The position numbers and the translations under genes are program-made. The notes under the pieces were generated by a model. The model did no database searches. It saw only the letters and a list, made by a program, of their open reading frames with translations, and was not told the origin of the DNA. From the NCBI GenBank assembly GCA_965215515.1, contig OZ244057.1, forward strand, positions 1,696,001 to 1,760,000: a DNA stretch of 64,000 nucleotides, written 5' to 3'. Within the stretch, counting starts at the first letter, position 1, and the number at the start of each line of letters is the position of its first letter. The stretch comes from Oligoflexales bacterium. Its GTDB lineage: Bacteria; Bdellovibrionota_B; Oligoflexia; Oligoflexales; JAPPIL01. This document shows positions 30,316-40,185 of this stretch, in pieces.

Positions 30316-30464
30316 AAAAAACCTCCTCTCACCTGTGAAGGGCGACCTTACCTCACTGCGTTATTGCACGCAAGCTTCTTGTCCTAGTGCCGCGGGTGCG
30401 AGGGGGCAGCGCTGGTAAAGAGTCGTCTGTGGCCTGTACCACTAAGTTCGTGGCTTGCTAGCTC

Positions 30465-30749
30465 CTAGCCGAACAAAAAACCTACACCGATGAGAATGCC
30501 GAGACCGAGACCGATCACGGCGAATAATAGCACTTTGGTGATGTACAAACGCTTGCTACGACGGGGCAGCAACAACTCGTGAGCACTCACGCGGTGCCGC
30601 GCACGCGGCGGTAACGCAACGTGTGCTCGTGCTACACCTCCGTTAGGCGGTGGCGGGATCTTTATCTCGGGCAACTCGTCCTGCCTCTCCCTCGTTATCG
30701 GCGGTGGTGGCCTGTCACGATTGGCGAAACTATCAACCATGCCTACCAT
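30465..30749 (-). CDS. hypothetical small Pro-rich protein with C-terminal TM helix
   Basis: 94-aa ORF with purine-rich RBS-like sequence and hydrophobic C-terminus. Confidence 0.6.
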   Translation of the reverse strand: MVGMVDSFANRDRPPPPITRERQDELPEIKIPPPPNGGVARAHVALPPRARHRVSAHELLLPRRSKRLYITKVLLFAVIGLGLGILIGVGFLFG

Positions 30750-30843
30750 GCTACGCCCTTTGCCACTCCCTGTCCAATTTTTTCCACGTCACACCGCACA
30801 ACTACCAGCGCGTAAACAGTAGCAGATAACGGTGACGACTCAT

Positions 30844-32823
30844 TCATGAAGTCTGTGGTACGAACTGCGGATCTTTGACTCGCTTACTGGTATTGCGTTT
30901 GGAACTTCTCTGCGTTCGCCGTGCTTTGTCTGACTCTGCTTCACGCGCAAGGCGTTTGTGGTAAACAGCAAGCTCCTGTTCACTGACAACATTGCTGCCT
31001 TCCATGACAGCCTGCACCTCTTCAGCGGTCAGTGTCTCCTTGATGAGCAAAGCCTCGGCGATACTGTTGAGTGCCTTGCGGTTATCGCGCAAAATAGTAA
31101 AGGCACGCTGATAACCCTCGTTGACGAAACGCTGTATCTCCTTGTCTATCTCCTGTGCCATCTTCTCGGAATGATCCTTTTGCTGCGAAATTTCCCGCCC
31201 CAGAAAAACTTCCTGCGACTGTCTACCTACCGCTAACGGCCCGACAACTTCGCTCATCCCCCAGTTGCACACCATTTTGCGGGCGATCTCGGTCGCCTTC
31301 TCGATATCATCGCCCGCTCCCGTTGTGCGGCGCTCAAATACCAGCTCTTCGGCTGCCCGCCCGCCCATCGCATAGGCGATCATGCCCTCGGCGTACTCCT
31401 TGCTGACACAATACCGCTCGCTAGTCGGTAACAACACCGTTACCCCCAACGCCTGTCCCCGCGGCACGATACTTATCTTGTGCAAAGCATCGTGGTTCTT
31501 GAGTTTCAATCCCACCAAAGCGTGCCCCGCTTCGTGATAAGCAGTGTTGCGTTTCTCTTCTTCGGGCATGACCATGCTGCGACGCGCTGGCCCCATCAAA
31601 ATCTTGTCCTTGGCATGCTCAAAATGCACCATCGAAACGATGTCACAATCCTCTCGCGCTGCCAACAACGAAGCTTCGTTGACGAGGTTTTGTAGATCCG
31701 CGCCCGAAAAACCAGGCGTGCCCTGTGCAATCACCTCCAAATCGACATTATCCGCCATGGGAGTCTTGCGGCTATGCACCTTCAGAATGCCTGTGCGTCC
31801 CTTGACATCAGGTTTGCCTACCGTCACGCGCCGATCGAAGCGCCCAGGCCGTAGCAAAGCAGGGTCAAGCACATCAGGACGATTAGTAGCCGCGACAATT
31901 ATTACCCCCTCGTTGCTTTCAAACCCATCCATCTCCACCAGCAGTTGGTTCAAAGTCTGTTCCCGCTCATCGTGACCACCGCCTACCCCCGCACCGCGAT
32001 GGCGACCGACCGCATCGATTTCGTCGATGAAAACAATGCACGGGGCATTCTTCTTCGCTTGGTCGAACAAATCTCGCACCCGACTCGCCCCCACACCGAC
32101 GAACATCTCGACGAACTCCGAGCCAGAGATGAAGAAGAACGGCGCATCCGCTTCTCCCGCGACCGCCTTAGCTAACACGGTCTTGCCCGTGCCTGGCGGC
32201 CCGATCAACAACACGCCGCGCGGAATCCGCCCCCCCAGGCGGCTGAACTTACGTGGATCACGCAAGAAATCGACCACTTCGCCCAGCTCTTCCTTGGCTT
32301 CCTCCACCCCAGCTACGTCTTTGAAGGTAATCTTGACTTTGTTCTCCCCCAGCAACTTGGCTCGACTCTTACCGAACGACAAGGCCTTGCCCCCGCCGAT
32401 CTGCAACTGACGCATGAAAAAGAAAAACAAAAACAACAAGGCGATCATCGGTAACCAGTTGATCAGAGCGGATTTCCACCAACTCATCTCCTCAGGCGGC
32501 TCGAAGTTGATAATCACACCGTGCTTCTCCAGAAAAGTACGCAGCTCAGCATCGGGTTTCGGCCCGTGGACGCGGAAGCGACTGCCATCCTCGCGACTGC
32601 CGTAGATTTCACTGCCTTTGAAGGTCACTTCCATCACCCGATCGCTGGCACTGCCAGGTTCTCTGACCGCTTCGATGAACTCGGTGTATTTGAGCTTCTC
32701 CGCCGCAGGCTGCTGATTGACAGCCAGATGAATGATAAAAAAGACGAACAACACCGCAATGAATAGCAAAATCATGCGTGCTTGGTTGCCGTGTTGCGGC
32801 GAAGGTGAAGGTCGCTCCGACAT
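30844..32823 (-). CDS. ftsH: ATP-dependent zinc metalloprotease FtsH
   Basis: Two TMs, [43 protein letters not shown]. Confidence 0.98.
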   Translation of the reverse strand: MSERPSPSPQHGNQARMILLFIAVLFVFFIIHLAVNQQPAAEKLKYTEFIEAVREPGSASDRVMEVTFKGSEIYGSREDGSRFRVHGPKPDAELRTFLEKHGVIINFEPPEEMSWWKSALINWLPMIALLFLFFFFMRQLQIGGGKALSFGKSRAKLLGENKVKITFKDVAGVEEAKEELGEVVDFLRDPRKFSRLGGRIPRGVLLIGPPGTGKTVLAKAVAGEADAPFFFISGSEFVEMFVGVGASRVRDLFDQAKKNAPCIVFIDEIDAVGRHRGAGVGGGHDEREQTLNQLLVEMDGFESNEGVIIVAATNRPDVLDPALLRPGRFDRRVTVGKPDVKGRTGILKVHSRKTPMADNVDLEVIAQGTPGFSGADLQNLVNEASLLAAREDCDIVSMVHFEHAKDKILMGPARRSMVMPEEEKRNTAYHEAGHALVGLKLKNHDALHKISIVPRGQALGVTVLLPTSERYCVSKEYAEGMIAYAMGGRAAEELVFERRTTGAGDDIEKATEIARKMVCNWGMSEVVGPLAVGRQSQEVFLGREISQQKDHSEKMAQEIDKEIQRFVNEGYQRAFTILRDNRKALNSIAEALLIKETLTAEEVQAVMEGSNVVSEQELAVYHKRLAREAESDKARRTQRSSKRNTSKRVKDPQFVPQTS

Positions 32824-32897
32824 TACGCGTAATCTCCCGCCCTAGGCCTCGATTCTAACAGAATATCTTCACAGTTACCAGCTGACAAAACCTCTCC

Positions 32898-34145
32898 TCA
32901 CACTACACACCCCCCCTGCTCGTCCAGCAGCCTTTGCTTGCCCGCGGCATCCGTGCACACGTACGCAACGTGTGGCAGGTGCACCTCCCGCCGCGGCACG
33001 CGCTTGCCTCGCCAGCTTACCTTCTCCCGCTGGGTCGGACGATGCAGGTGGTAGCACACACTTCTCTGTCGGACCTCCGTCTCCGCCTGCACCCGCAGAC
33101 CATCTGCTGTTTCGGCACTTGCTCCTGCTTCTAAAATGAAATGCAGCCGCGTCTGACGCACGATCTCCCTAAACTGCTGTCTTCTCGCCAGCTTAACGCC
33201 ATCGACACAAGCCTGCAACCTCAGTTTCCGCCCCTCACCAGCCACCCGCTGACCGCGCCGCAGTTGCTGGGTAAATCTCCCCTCCTCGCTGACTCGTGCC
33301 AACACGGTCGCTACCGTCTGTTGGCTGACATCACCGAGAAAGATACGCAGCAGAATACTCGCCTTACAGGTCGGCAGTGCGCGCAGTGCGGCGAGGTCAA
33401 GCTCGCCCTGTTGCAGCTCCTTCGTCCAGCGACGACACAACTCCCGCTCCATCTCGGCATGCAGTGCCTGTGCTTGCTCACACACCGCGACAACGTGTGC
33501 CGCGGCATCGTGATGCAAGGCAGTCAACTGCGGCATGACGAGGTTGCGGATACGATTACGGGCGTAGTTGTTTTCCTCGTTGCTGCTGTCGATACGGTAA
33601 ACGATACCCCGCCGTACGCAGAAAGAATGTAGGCACGCTTTGCTCACCGTCAAGAGCGGTCGCCAGAAAGGGGCGTTGAAGCGCACCATGCCTGGCAGTT
33701 GTGCTGCGTTCACTCCTCGAATCAGGCGGTACAGGGCGGTCTCGGCGAGATCGTCGCGGTGATGTGCCAGTGCTGCAACGCAGTCGTGCGTCGCACAATA
33801 ATGCCGCAGCTCTCGCTGGCGTAACAACCGTGCCCACTCTTGCAAACTGCGTCCCCGCCGCTGGGCAAGATCAGCTGCGGTAGGGCGGTAGACATGACAG
33901 GGCAAGCCTCTCGCCTTCGCTTCCGTCTGCACGTGCTGCTGATCCCCTTCCGCCTCCGCACCGCGCAGCCCGAAGTTGACGTGCCACACCGCCAACGCGA
34001 AGTCCACCTCCTGCCGCAACTCAGCCAGCAATGCCAACAAAGCCATCGAATCACAGCCACCCGAGACTGCGACGACGATGCCGCCGCGATGACGGTGCAC
34101 AAGCGCAAGTACCTGTGTTCTCAGCTTTAAAAAACGCACCAACAT
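32898..34145 (-). CDS. tilS: tRNA(Ile)-lysidine synthetase
   Basis: VAVSGGCDSMALL, HVNFGLRG, AHH.DD.AET, RPLL, DSSN...Y.RN.IR; upstream of ftsH. Confidence 0.93.
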   Translation of the reverse strand: MLVRFLKLRTQVLALVHRHRGGIVVAVSGGCDSMALLALLAELRQEVDFALAVWHVNFGLRGAEAEGDQQHVQTEAKARGLPCHVYRPTAADLAQRRGRSLQEWARLLRQRELRHYCATHDCVAALAHHRDDLAETALYRLIRGVNAAQLPGMVRFNAPFWRPLLTVSKACLHSFCVRRGIVYRIDSSNEENNYARNRIRNLVMPQLTALHHDAAAHVVAVCEQAQALHAEMERELCRRWTKELQQGELDLAALRALPTCKASILLRIFLGDVSQQTVATVLARVSEEGRFTQQLRRGQRVAGEGRKLRLQACVDGVKLARRQQFREIVRQTRLHFILEAGASAETADGLRVQAETEVRQRSVCYHLHRPTQREKVSWRGKRVPRREVHLPHVAYVCTDAAGKQRLLDEQGGCVV

Positions 34146-34225
34146 AGCAACCACGCCTCGTACCTGAAGGCGATCCACCCCACGATCACAAGCGGCTGGT
34201 GGGGCACACTTCTCGCGGGATGTAA

Positions 34226-35440
34226 TCAGTATTTCAGGTGAGAGTACTTCCCCTTTACGTGCGTGTTGTAGTACTTGCCCTTGGACTTTGCGGCGAGAAA
34301 ATTGTTGAACACGTGCAAAGGGACATCGAGGTACTGGTAAGAGTGGTATCTCCCCCCGTCCTTGAACAGCACCCACAGATCGCCTGTTCCTTCTGCATAG
34401 CCAATCTTATCGATAGCCGAAGACGAGACCTGATGTAAGACGAGGTCGCCTTTCGTATAGTCGTTGAACCAAATACGTCCTTTCCACCTGTCCACCCCCG
34501 CCCCCAAAAGGTCGGGGTTGTGGTACTCATCCCACACTTTTGCGTCACGCATGAGGGTCAGCGGAGTGTCCTCCTGCTCGAGATAAGGGGTGTCTCCCTG
34601 CCGAAAATTGTAGCTGCCATGATGCACCTCGACCAATCCCTGCACCTCCGCCGAGAAAACCTCGACAGCATAGTCGTTGACCACGGGCGCAGGGTACCTG
34701 CCTTCGGACAACACCTCACCGACCAGCGTGCCATCCGTTGCGGAAATGTGCGTGTGTCGGTAAACCAGATAGGGATTCCAGCCGTTTATGGTCAGGGTGT
34801 CGATGACTTTCCTCTGCTGTGCATCGGTCGTGACACGGCGGTAAACACGATAATCGTCGCGGTGGTGTAGAGCGACAGAACCACTAGGAATGATGAGCTG
34901 GTAAGTGCCGTCGGCATTGCTGGGAATCAGCTCGTAGGACTTAGTATGCCGCAAGCTGTGAAACAGCACCACCGCGTCGATCTCAGGATGCAAGGAGGAA
35001 ACATCCGATACCGCGGTCACACTGCGGTATCCTTCCCGTGTCAAAGGAGGAATACCATCACGTTCCTTTTCTGCAGAGACATAGCGGTGCAACTCGTCGT
35101 CCACGCTAACCGTCGTCGCGTGTTCCAGGTGGCCTTCGGAGAACACGGCATAACGCCCCAAGGGGCGATCGTCGGCGTGCATGACACACGTTTCGCTGTA
35201 GCGGTAAATAGGGCTCTCAGCGTTCTTGAGGAGGATGAATTCGCGCACGAACCGCCCGTCAGCAGACTTGTTAGCGAGCAGTTTGTACCCCGTAGCGACG
35301 AGACGGTCTATCGCCCGCTGCAGATCGCTGACCTGAGCGATACTCTGCAACGGCATGCGAAACGCCGCAGGAGTAGCAAAGATACTCGCTCCCGTCGGGC
35401 AACAGACAAAGAACAAGACAGCAATCATCCGCTCTACCAT
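34226..35440 (-). CDS. putative exported protein with C-terminal KTSC domain
   Basis: Hydrophobic N-terminus; last ~65 aa VSSSAI..IGY.....L.V.F..G..Y.Y..VP..VF..FL.A.SKGKYYN..VKG.Y match the KTSC consensus. Confidence 0.8.
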   Translation of the reverse strand: MVERMIAVLFFVCCPTGASIFATPAAFRMPLQSIAQVSDLQRAIDRLVATGYKLLANKSADGRFVREFILLKNAESPIYRYSETCVMHADDRPLGRYAVFSEGHLEHATTVSVDDELHRYVSAEKERDGIPPLTREGYRSVTAVSDVSSLHPEIDAVVLFHSLRHTKSYELIPSNADGTYQLIIPSGSVALHHRDDYRVYRRVTTDAQQRKVIDTLTINGWNPYLVYRHTHISATDGTLVGEVLSEGRYPAPVVNDYAVEVFSAEVQGLVEVHHGSYNFRQGDTPYLEQEDTPLTLMRDAKVWDEYHNPDLLGAGVDRWKGRIWFNDYTKGDLVLHQVSSSAIDKIGYAEGTGDLWVLFKDGGRYHSYQYLDVPLHVFNNFLAAKSKGKYYNTHVKGKYSHLKY

Positions 35441-36051
35441 ACATGCGGCCAAAAAGACAACAGTCCAGTGCTTTCAGGGCTCAGGACAATGGCCGCTACC
35501 AAAGTCGTCTTCTGTATGACGCTGACTGCCTTCTCGCCGACAGCCTCACCTACCTTGGTGATCAGTGCTTCATACTCATCTGGCATGCTCTCTGCCGTCG
35601 CCTGGATTTTGGTGATAGCAGCTTCGATTATCTCTACCACCCTGTGCTTAAGTTTAGCTAATGCTTCCCACACCTTCGTCGAGAGACCATCGCCACGCTT
35701 CAGCACTTCTTGCAGGGTCAGCTGTATCAACTCCAGCAGTTCGGCACGCACGCTGTCGATGATGGGCAACACCGCCTGAATGAACTCATCCTCGTCGATA
35801 GCAGTGCTGACATGTGTGCTGAATTCATCCTTGATCGCATTCCAGTAGTCACGATCGACATACTTACCCAGCTGTTCGCTTTCCATCACACCCTGATCCA
35901 AGTAGCTCTTGATCTTCTCGATCAGCTTGCTGCTCAACAAAGACTCAACCTTCCCACTCTCCTCATCGCTAGCACCCTCATTGCTCTCCGCGAAGGCCGC
36001 CGTCGCCAGCAACATCGCACCTACACAAACCAAACCCCTCACATACCCCAT
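35434..36051 (-). CDS. secreted acidic alpha-helical hypothetical protein
   Basis: Signal peptide ending AFA, AGGAG RBS, amphipathic helical composition. Confidence 0.75.
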   Translation of the reverse strand: MGYVRGLVCVGAMLLATAAFAESNEGASDEESGKVESLLSSKLIEKIKSYLDQGVMESEQLGKYVDRDYWNAIKDEFSTHVSTAIDEDEFIQAVLPIIDSVRAELLELIQLTLQEVLKRGDGLSTKVWEALAKLKHRVVEIIEAAITKIQATAESMPDEYEALITKVGEAVGEKAVSVIQKTTLVAAIVLSPESTGLLSFWPHVW

Positions 36052-36140
36052 GACAAATTCTCCTTAGTCAAAGAAACATCAAAACGACCCACGGTGGCGC
36101 TTCTACTAAAGGAGCAACATCGCTGTCAATGATAGATTAC

Positions 36141-36237
36141 CCCTGAGTGCCGTGGGTAGGGCGCTTAATTTTTTGAGCGACAGAAGGCCTGATTTTGCGG
36201 TGTTTTGTCTGTCTTCCCTTTTTGTAGTGCCTGAATA
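36141..36237. mobile_element. partial copy of a MITE-like dispersed element (full copy at 51111-51256, inverted)
   Basis: Reverse complement matches 51156-51257 with 4 substitutions and one 5-bp indel. Confidence 0.8.
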
Positions 36238-36273
36238 ACTTTTTCTATTGACAGAGGTTGCGATGGGGGGTGC

Positions 36274-37134
36274 TTACGGGTGAAAGTCGCGCAGTTTGAA
36301 TTTGCTCGGCAGGGAAACAACCTCTTTGGTTTTGTGGATCGAACGCAACACAAGCAAGCCCTTGCTTTGGGCGAAAGCGACGGTTTCTTTTTTGGCGTTG
36401 AGGTAGCCGATCGCACCGTAGATCTTCCTGCCGCGGTACGCTGGCATCATTGCGATGAAGCGTTGCATGATGTTGCCGATGAACTTGCCGACATGTCCTT
36501 CCCGCAAGCTGGACTTTGCTTCTACGACCACCACGACATCCTCCCCGACTGCAAGACAGTCGATTTCCCACGTTTTTCCTTCGTATTCGACTTCGACATG
36601 CGGATGGCGTTCTGTTACCTTAATTCCCTTGATACTGTTGAGTGCCACATCCACTTCACCGACAAGCAAGGCTTCGGCAAAATCGCCCCACTTGCCATTC
36701 AGCCCCCCGATAGATTTACTGAGCTCGGCAACCGTGGCACTGGTCTTCGCGACGGTCGCATTGGTTTTATCGATAGCAGCATTGGTTTTATCGATAGCAG
36801 CATTGATTTTGGCATTGGTTTTATCGATAGCAGCGTTGGTTTTAGCATTGTTCTTGGCAATGTCGGTAGCGCTTTTCTTTTGCGTTGCGATCACCTCTTT
36901 GAGGGTGTCTCTGATTATCCTGTAGTCATCCGCCGCGGCACTGAACGCAGACCTACGTGCACGTACAAGGCGTTGGGCGGGCTTACGCACTGCAAGTTTG
37001 TGCGACAGACTCTTGCTAGCCATACGCTTACGTGCGGTGGCTTTACGCACCACGGGCTTGTGTTTGCGTGTTGTCTTTTTGCGCACCGCGGGCTTGCGTA
37101 ACGCAGGCTTGCGAGCTACGCCTCGCTGAGGCAT
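36274..37134 (-). CDS. PD-(D/E)XK nuclease-like (DUF3782-type) protein with basic N-terminal tail and heptad repeats
   Basis: G.L.GKWG.FAE, WEID.LA...VVVVEAKS.L, GAIGY, A...GL.V; (AAIDKTN)n coiled coil; AAGGAG RBS. Confidence 0.75.
   Translation of the reverse strand: MPQRGVARKPALRKPAVRKKTTRKHKPVVRKATARKRMASKSLSHKLAVRKPAQRLVRARRSAFSAAADDYRIIRDTLKEVIATQKKSATDIAKNNAKTNAAIDKTNAKINAAIDKTNAAIDKTNATVAKTSATVAELSKSIGGLNGKWGDFAEALLVGEVDVALNSIKGIKVTERHPHVEVEYEGKTWEIDCLAVGEDVVVVVEAKSSLREGHVGKFIGNIMQRFIAMMPAYRGRKIYGAIGYLNAKKETVAFAQSKGLLVLRSIHKTKEVVSLPSKFKLRDFHP
36757..36858 (-). repeat. 21-bp coding tandem repeat (AAIDKTN)
   Basis: gcattggttttatcgatagca occurs three times, with 12-bp variants. Confidence 0.9.
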
Positions 37135-37249
37135 GACTTAGCTCCTTTCCAGACAACAAGGTACGGTTCCCAGGGTAGCACAACACGAGACCAAAGAACA
37201 GTCATAGGACAAGCCGTGCGAAGCGACGCAACGATGTTTTTTGTTGGTT

Positions 37250-38256
37250 TTACGATGGTGGTAGTAGGCCAAGGATGGTGCGCACTTGTTCTAGTGTTTG
37301 TTGTGCAGTGGTTCGCGCTTGGGTGCGTCCTTGCTCGAGCACCTGACGCAGAACGGTGCGGTCGGCGAGCAGGGTGGTGATTTTGTCTTGCATGGTGCGC
37401 AGGGCTTGGACAACTACATCGGCGGTGTCGCTTTTCAGTTTGCCGTAGCCTTGTCCGCGGTAGCGGGCACTGACTTCCGTCAGAGGCAGGTCGAGCAGTA
37501 CGGCTTGGATGACCAGCAAGTTACTCACACCAGGTTTGTCGGTAGGGTCGTAGCTAATTTCGTTCCCTGAATCGGTAGTGGCGCGTTTTATTTTGCGGCT
37601 GATGGTATCGGCATCGTCGCTGAGGAAGACCGCCCGTCGGCGTGGGTGGTAGTCTTGCTCATTTTGACCCGCGGGTCGCGCAGATCCATGATTTTCGCTC
37701 CTACGTCGGCGATATATGGGGCGGGCACTTTAAACAGCGGTTGTTGGCAGTGTTTGTTGAGGCGCTGGGCGAGAGTGCGGGTAAGTTCAAGGTGTTGGCG
37801 CTGGTCTTCGCCCACAGGCACGAGTGCGGCTTGGTAGAGAAGAATATCGGCTGCCATCAGCACGGGGTAGTTGAACAGTCCCGCGGGAATGTTCGTTCCT
37901 TCTTTGCAGCTTTTGTCTTTGAACTGAGTCATGCGTCCCAGTTCGCCCATCCAGGTGAAGCAGTTGAGTATCCAGGCCAACTCACAGTGTGCGGTGACAT
38001 GTGATTGCACGAAGAGGCAGGCACGGGTGGGGTCGATGCCCGCCGCCAGGTAAGCGGCCAGTGCGTACCAGCTGTTGGCAGCGAGTTCGCGCTTGCCGCG
38101 GGTGGTAACGAGCGAGTGCAGATCGACAACAGCAAAGTAGCAGCGATACTGGTGTTGTAGTTTTACCCAATTTCTCAGTGCACCGAGGTAATTGCCGAGG
38201 GTAATCTGGTTGGTCGGCTGAATACCAGAGAGGATTGTTTTTTGTTTTGCCACCAC
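37250..38256 (-). CDS. trpS: tryptophanyl-tRNA synthetase with an apparent 1-nt frameshift at ~37634
   Basis: SGIQPT..ITLGNYLGA, YPVLMAADIL, VPVGEDQ.QH.EL, KMSK. Downstream AVFLSDDADTISRKIKRATTDS...KPGVSNL continues in another frame. Confidence 0.93.
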
Positions 38257-38412
38257 CGTACCCCCCAGGCGGGGTAATACCGCAAGTGCCCTGTCAAAGC
38301 AAAAATTTTCTACCCTTCTCTTCTTCGTTTGTGTCGTGATGGGGGCGGCGGGGAGAGGGAGGAAGGGATAAAAACAATCTGTGCTATAATGTGAGTAGAA
38401 TGGGGTGGACTT

Positions 38413-38880
38413 ATGGATGAAGCAAGCTCGCAGGCGCGCAAGTGCGCTTATTGTGGTTGTTTTGTCAGCTGGCATTGGAACGGGCAGCGGCTTAAGGATG
38501 GGGCAAAAATCTATCTCGACGCGCAGGGGCGGCGGTGGGCAGGGCGGCGGTGTGCTAGTTGTGAGAGAAAGCGCGTCCAGACTGCGATTCGCTTTAATCG
38601 CTTCGATCGTGAACTGCTGACGAAGGAGCTCGCGACGCACGGGTATCGGGTAAAAAAATTTGCCAATCCCATCATCGCCGAAACCGAAGCTGGCGAAACC
38701 CGCCATATCTCCGTGCGCAAGGCATGCACCGATGGGCGAGCAATCACCATCGAAGAACCGCTCCCTGTCGATGACAGGGCCGAGCCGTGTGTGTTGCTTT
38801 TTTCTTCTTCGCGTGTCCTCAGCCGTGCTCAGATTGCGAAGATGACGGCCAACAACACACTACTGGTATTCGAGCACTGA
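38413..38880 (+). CDS. hypothetical protein with CxxC...CxxC putative zinc site
   Basis: 155 aa, CAYC and CASC; divergent from trpS. Confidence 0.6.
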   Translation: MDEASSQARKCAYCGCFVSWHWNGQRLKDGAKIYLDAQGRRWAGRRCASCERKRVQTAIRFNRFDRELLTKELATHGYRVKKFANPIIAETEAGETRHISVRKACTDGRAITIEEPLPVDDRAEPCVLLFSSSRVLSRAQIAKMTANNTLLVFEH

Positions 38881-38942
38881 TTTCCCGCGGCCCTGCTGCA
38901 CACTCGCCAGCACCCGCGCTATTGCGTGGGGCAGAATGTGAG

Positions 38943-39263
38943 CTAGGAGATCTCGTAGGCACGCAGTCTTTTGCTCAGGGTGTTGCGGCTAATTCCTAGT
39001 ATGCGAGAGGCACTCACGCGGCTATCGCCTGTATACCGCATAACCTGGGTGAGAAAAGCTTTCTCAAACTTCCCCATGAAGAGTGCGTGGAGATTAGCGG
39101 GTGGGTGTTCGCCCAGCTGGCTCAGAAAACGGGCGATTTTCCTTTCGATCAGCCTATCCAGCGAACATTCGTCCAACAACTGGGGGGAACGGCCCCCCAA
39201 CGTGACAGTAACGACTGCATCGCCAGACACCGCCTTCCCCCCTTCAAGGTCACCAGCTTCCAC
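38943..39263 (-). CDS. Fis-like stand-alone HTH_8 DNA-binding protein
   Basis: L...F.EK..L..VM.YT......ASRILGISRNTL.K.L..Y. Confidence 0.85.
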   Translation of the reverse strand: MEAGDLEGGKAVSGDAVVTVTLGGRSPQLLDECSLDRLIERKIARFLSQLGEHPPANLHALFMGKFEKAFLTQVMRYTGDSRVSASRILGISRNTLSKRLRAYEIS

Positions 39264-39420
39264 ACGTCAGCCCCATCCCGTTACCGTCACATCAAACGAC
39301 GCGACGCCTAACAATCCTGCTCGTCAACGTCAACGGCAAAAACCATCTCCTGAGATTGAAATGCCGTGTGCTTTCTGCTACAACCGCCTGGGTCAGGGAA
39401 CTACTCGGGGGTTGTGTAAG

Positions 39421-40080
39421 TTGAAAAAAAGGCCACCTGTGCTCGATACGGAGCAGGACGTTTCTCCTGCGTCTGCCGTGCCCCATGAGGCTGAGCAAGG
39501 TCATATTTCTCCTGTGCAGGATAATTCTCCGCAGCAGCCAGGTGGCTGGTTTGCGCGGTTTTTCGCCGAAGCCCGCCCGCGCGGCTTGGCGGCCCGTGTG
39601 CGTGCCGTGCGTCGTGCCGCGGCAGTCTCCAGCACTCCCCAGAGCGAACCCGACCGCTACTTGCGTTTGCGTGCCGAGATGGAAAATTTAAAAAAGCGTG
39701 CTGCCAAAGAGAGGGAAAATCTGCACCGTTATGCCTTGGAAGACATCATGAAGGATCTTTTGCCTGTGCTGGATAGCTTTGAGAAGGGTTTTGCTGTGCT
39801 GGCGCACGACAAAGCTTTAGGACAGAGTCCTTTTGCTGCGGGTATGCGCTTGGTTGCCGAGCAACTGCAAAAGGTTCTTACCACTCACGGGTTGCAGGTG
39901 GTCGCTAGTTGTGGGGAAAGTTTTGACCCGCAGGTGCATCAAGCTTTGCGTCGCGAGGAAGCAGATGATGTCGAGTGCGAGACCGTTGGCGAGGAATTCG
40001 CTAAGGGTTATCTGTTGCGCGATCGCCTGTTGCGTCCTGCCATGATTAGTGTGCGTGTTCCCCAGCCTCCCCCAGAGTAG
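39421..40080 (+). CDS. grpE: nucleotide exchange factor GrpE
   Basis: YLRLRAEMENLKKR, LLPVLDSFE, FDP.VHQA, KGY.L.DRLLRPAM.V. Start inferred. Confidence 0.95.
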   Translation: MKKRPPVLDTEQDVSPASAVPHEAEQGHISPVQDNSPQQPGGWFARFFAEARPRGLAARVRAVRRAAAVSSTPQSEPDRYLRLRAEMENLKKRAAKERENLHRYALEDIMKDLLPVLDSFEKGFAVLAHDKALGQSPFAAGMRLVAEQLQKVLTTHGLQVVASCGESFDPQVHQALRREEADDVECETVGEEFAKGYLLRDRLLRPAMISVRVPQPPPE

Positions 40081-40185
40081 AGCAAAGTATGCTGGGGATG
40101 ATTGCCTTGCACAATCTCCTCTCCTTAAGTTTTGGAGTTCTCGGCCGAACAGGCTGTAGGTGCTTTTCAACGGGGAGGGCAGTCA

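Noticed and set aside
37588..37665. Programmed ribosomal frameshift in trpS
   Set aside because: No slippery heptamer or stimulatory structure seen; a one-base homopolymer error is simpler.
38257..38706. Long N-terminal extensions on trpS (and likewise grpE, tilS, gspJ, gspI in the ORF track)
   Set aside because: They overlap neighbouring genes; homology begins at downstream starts.
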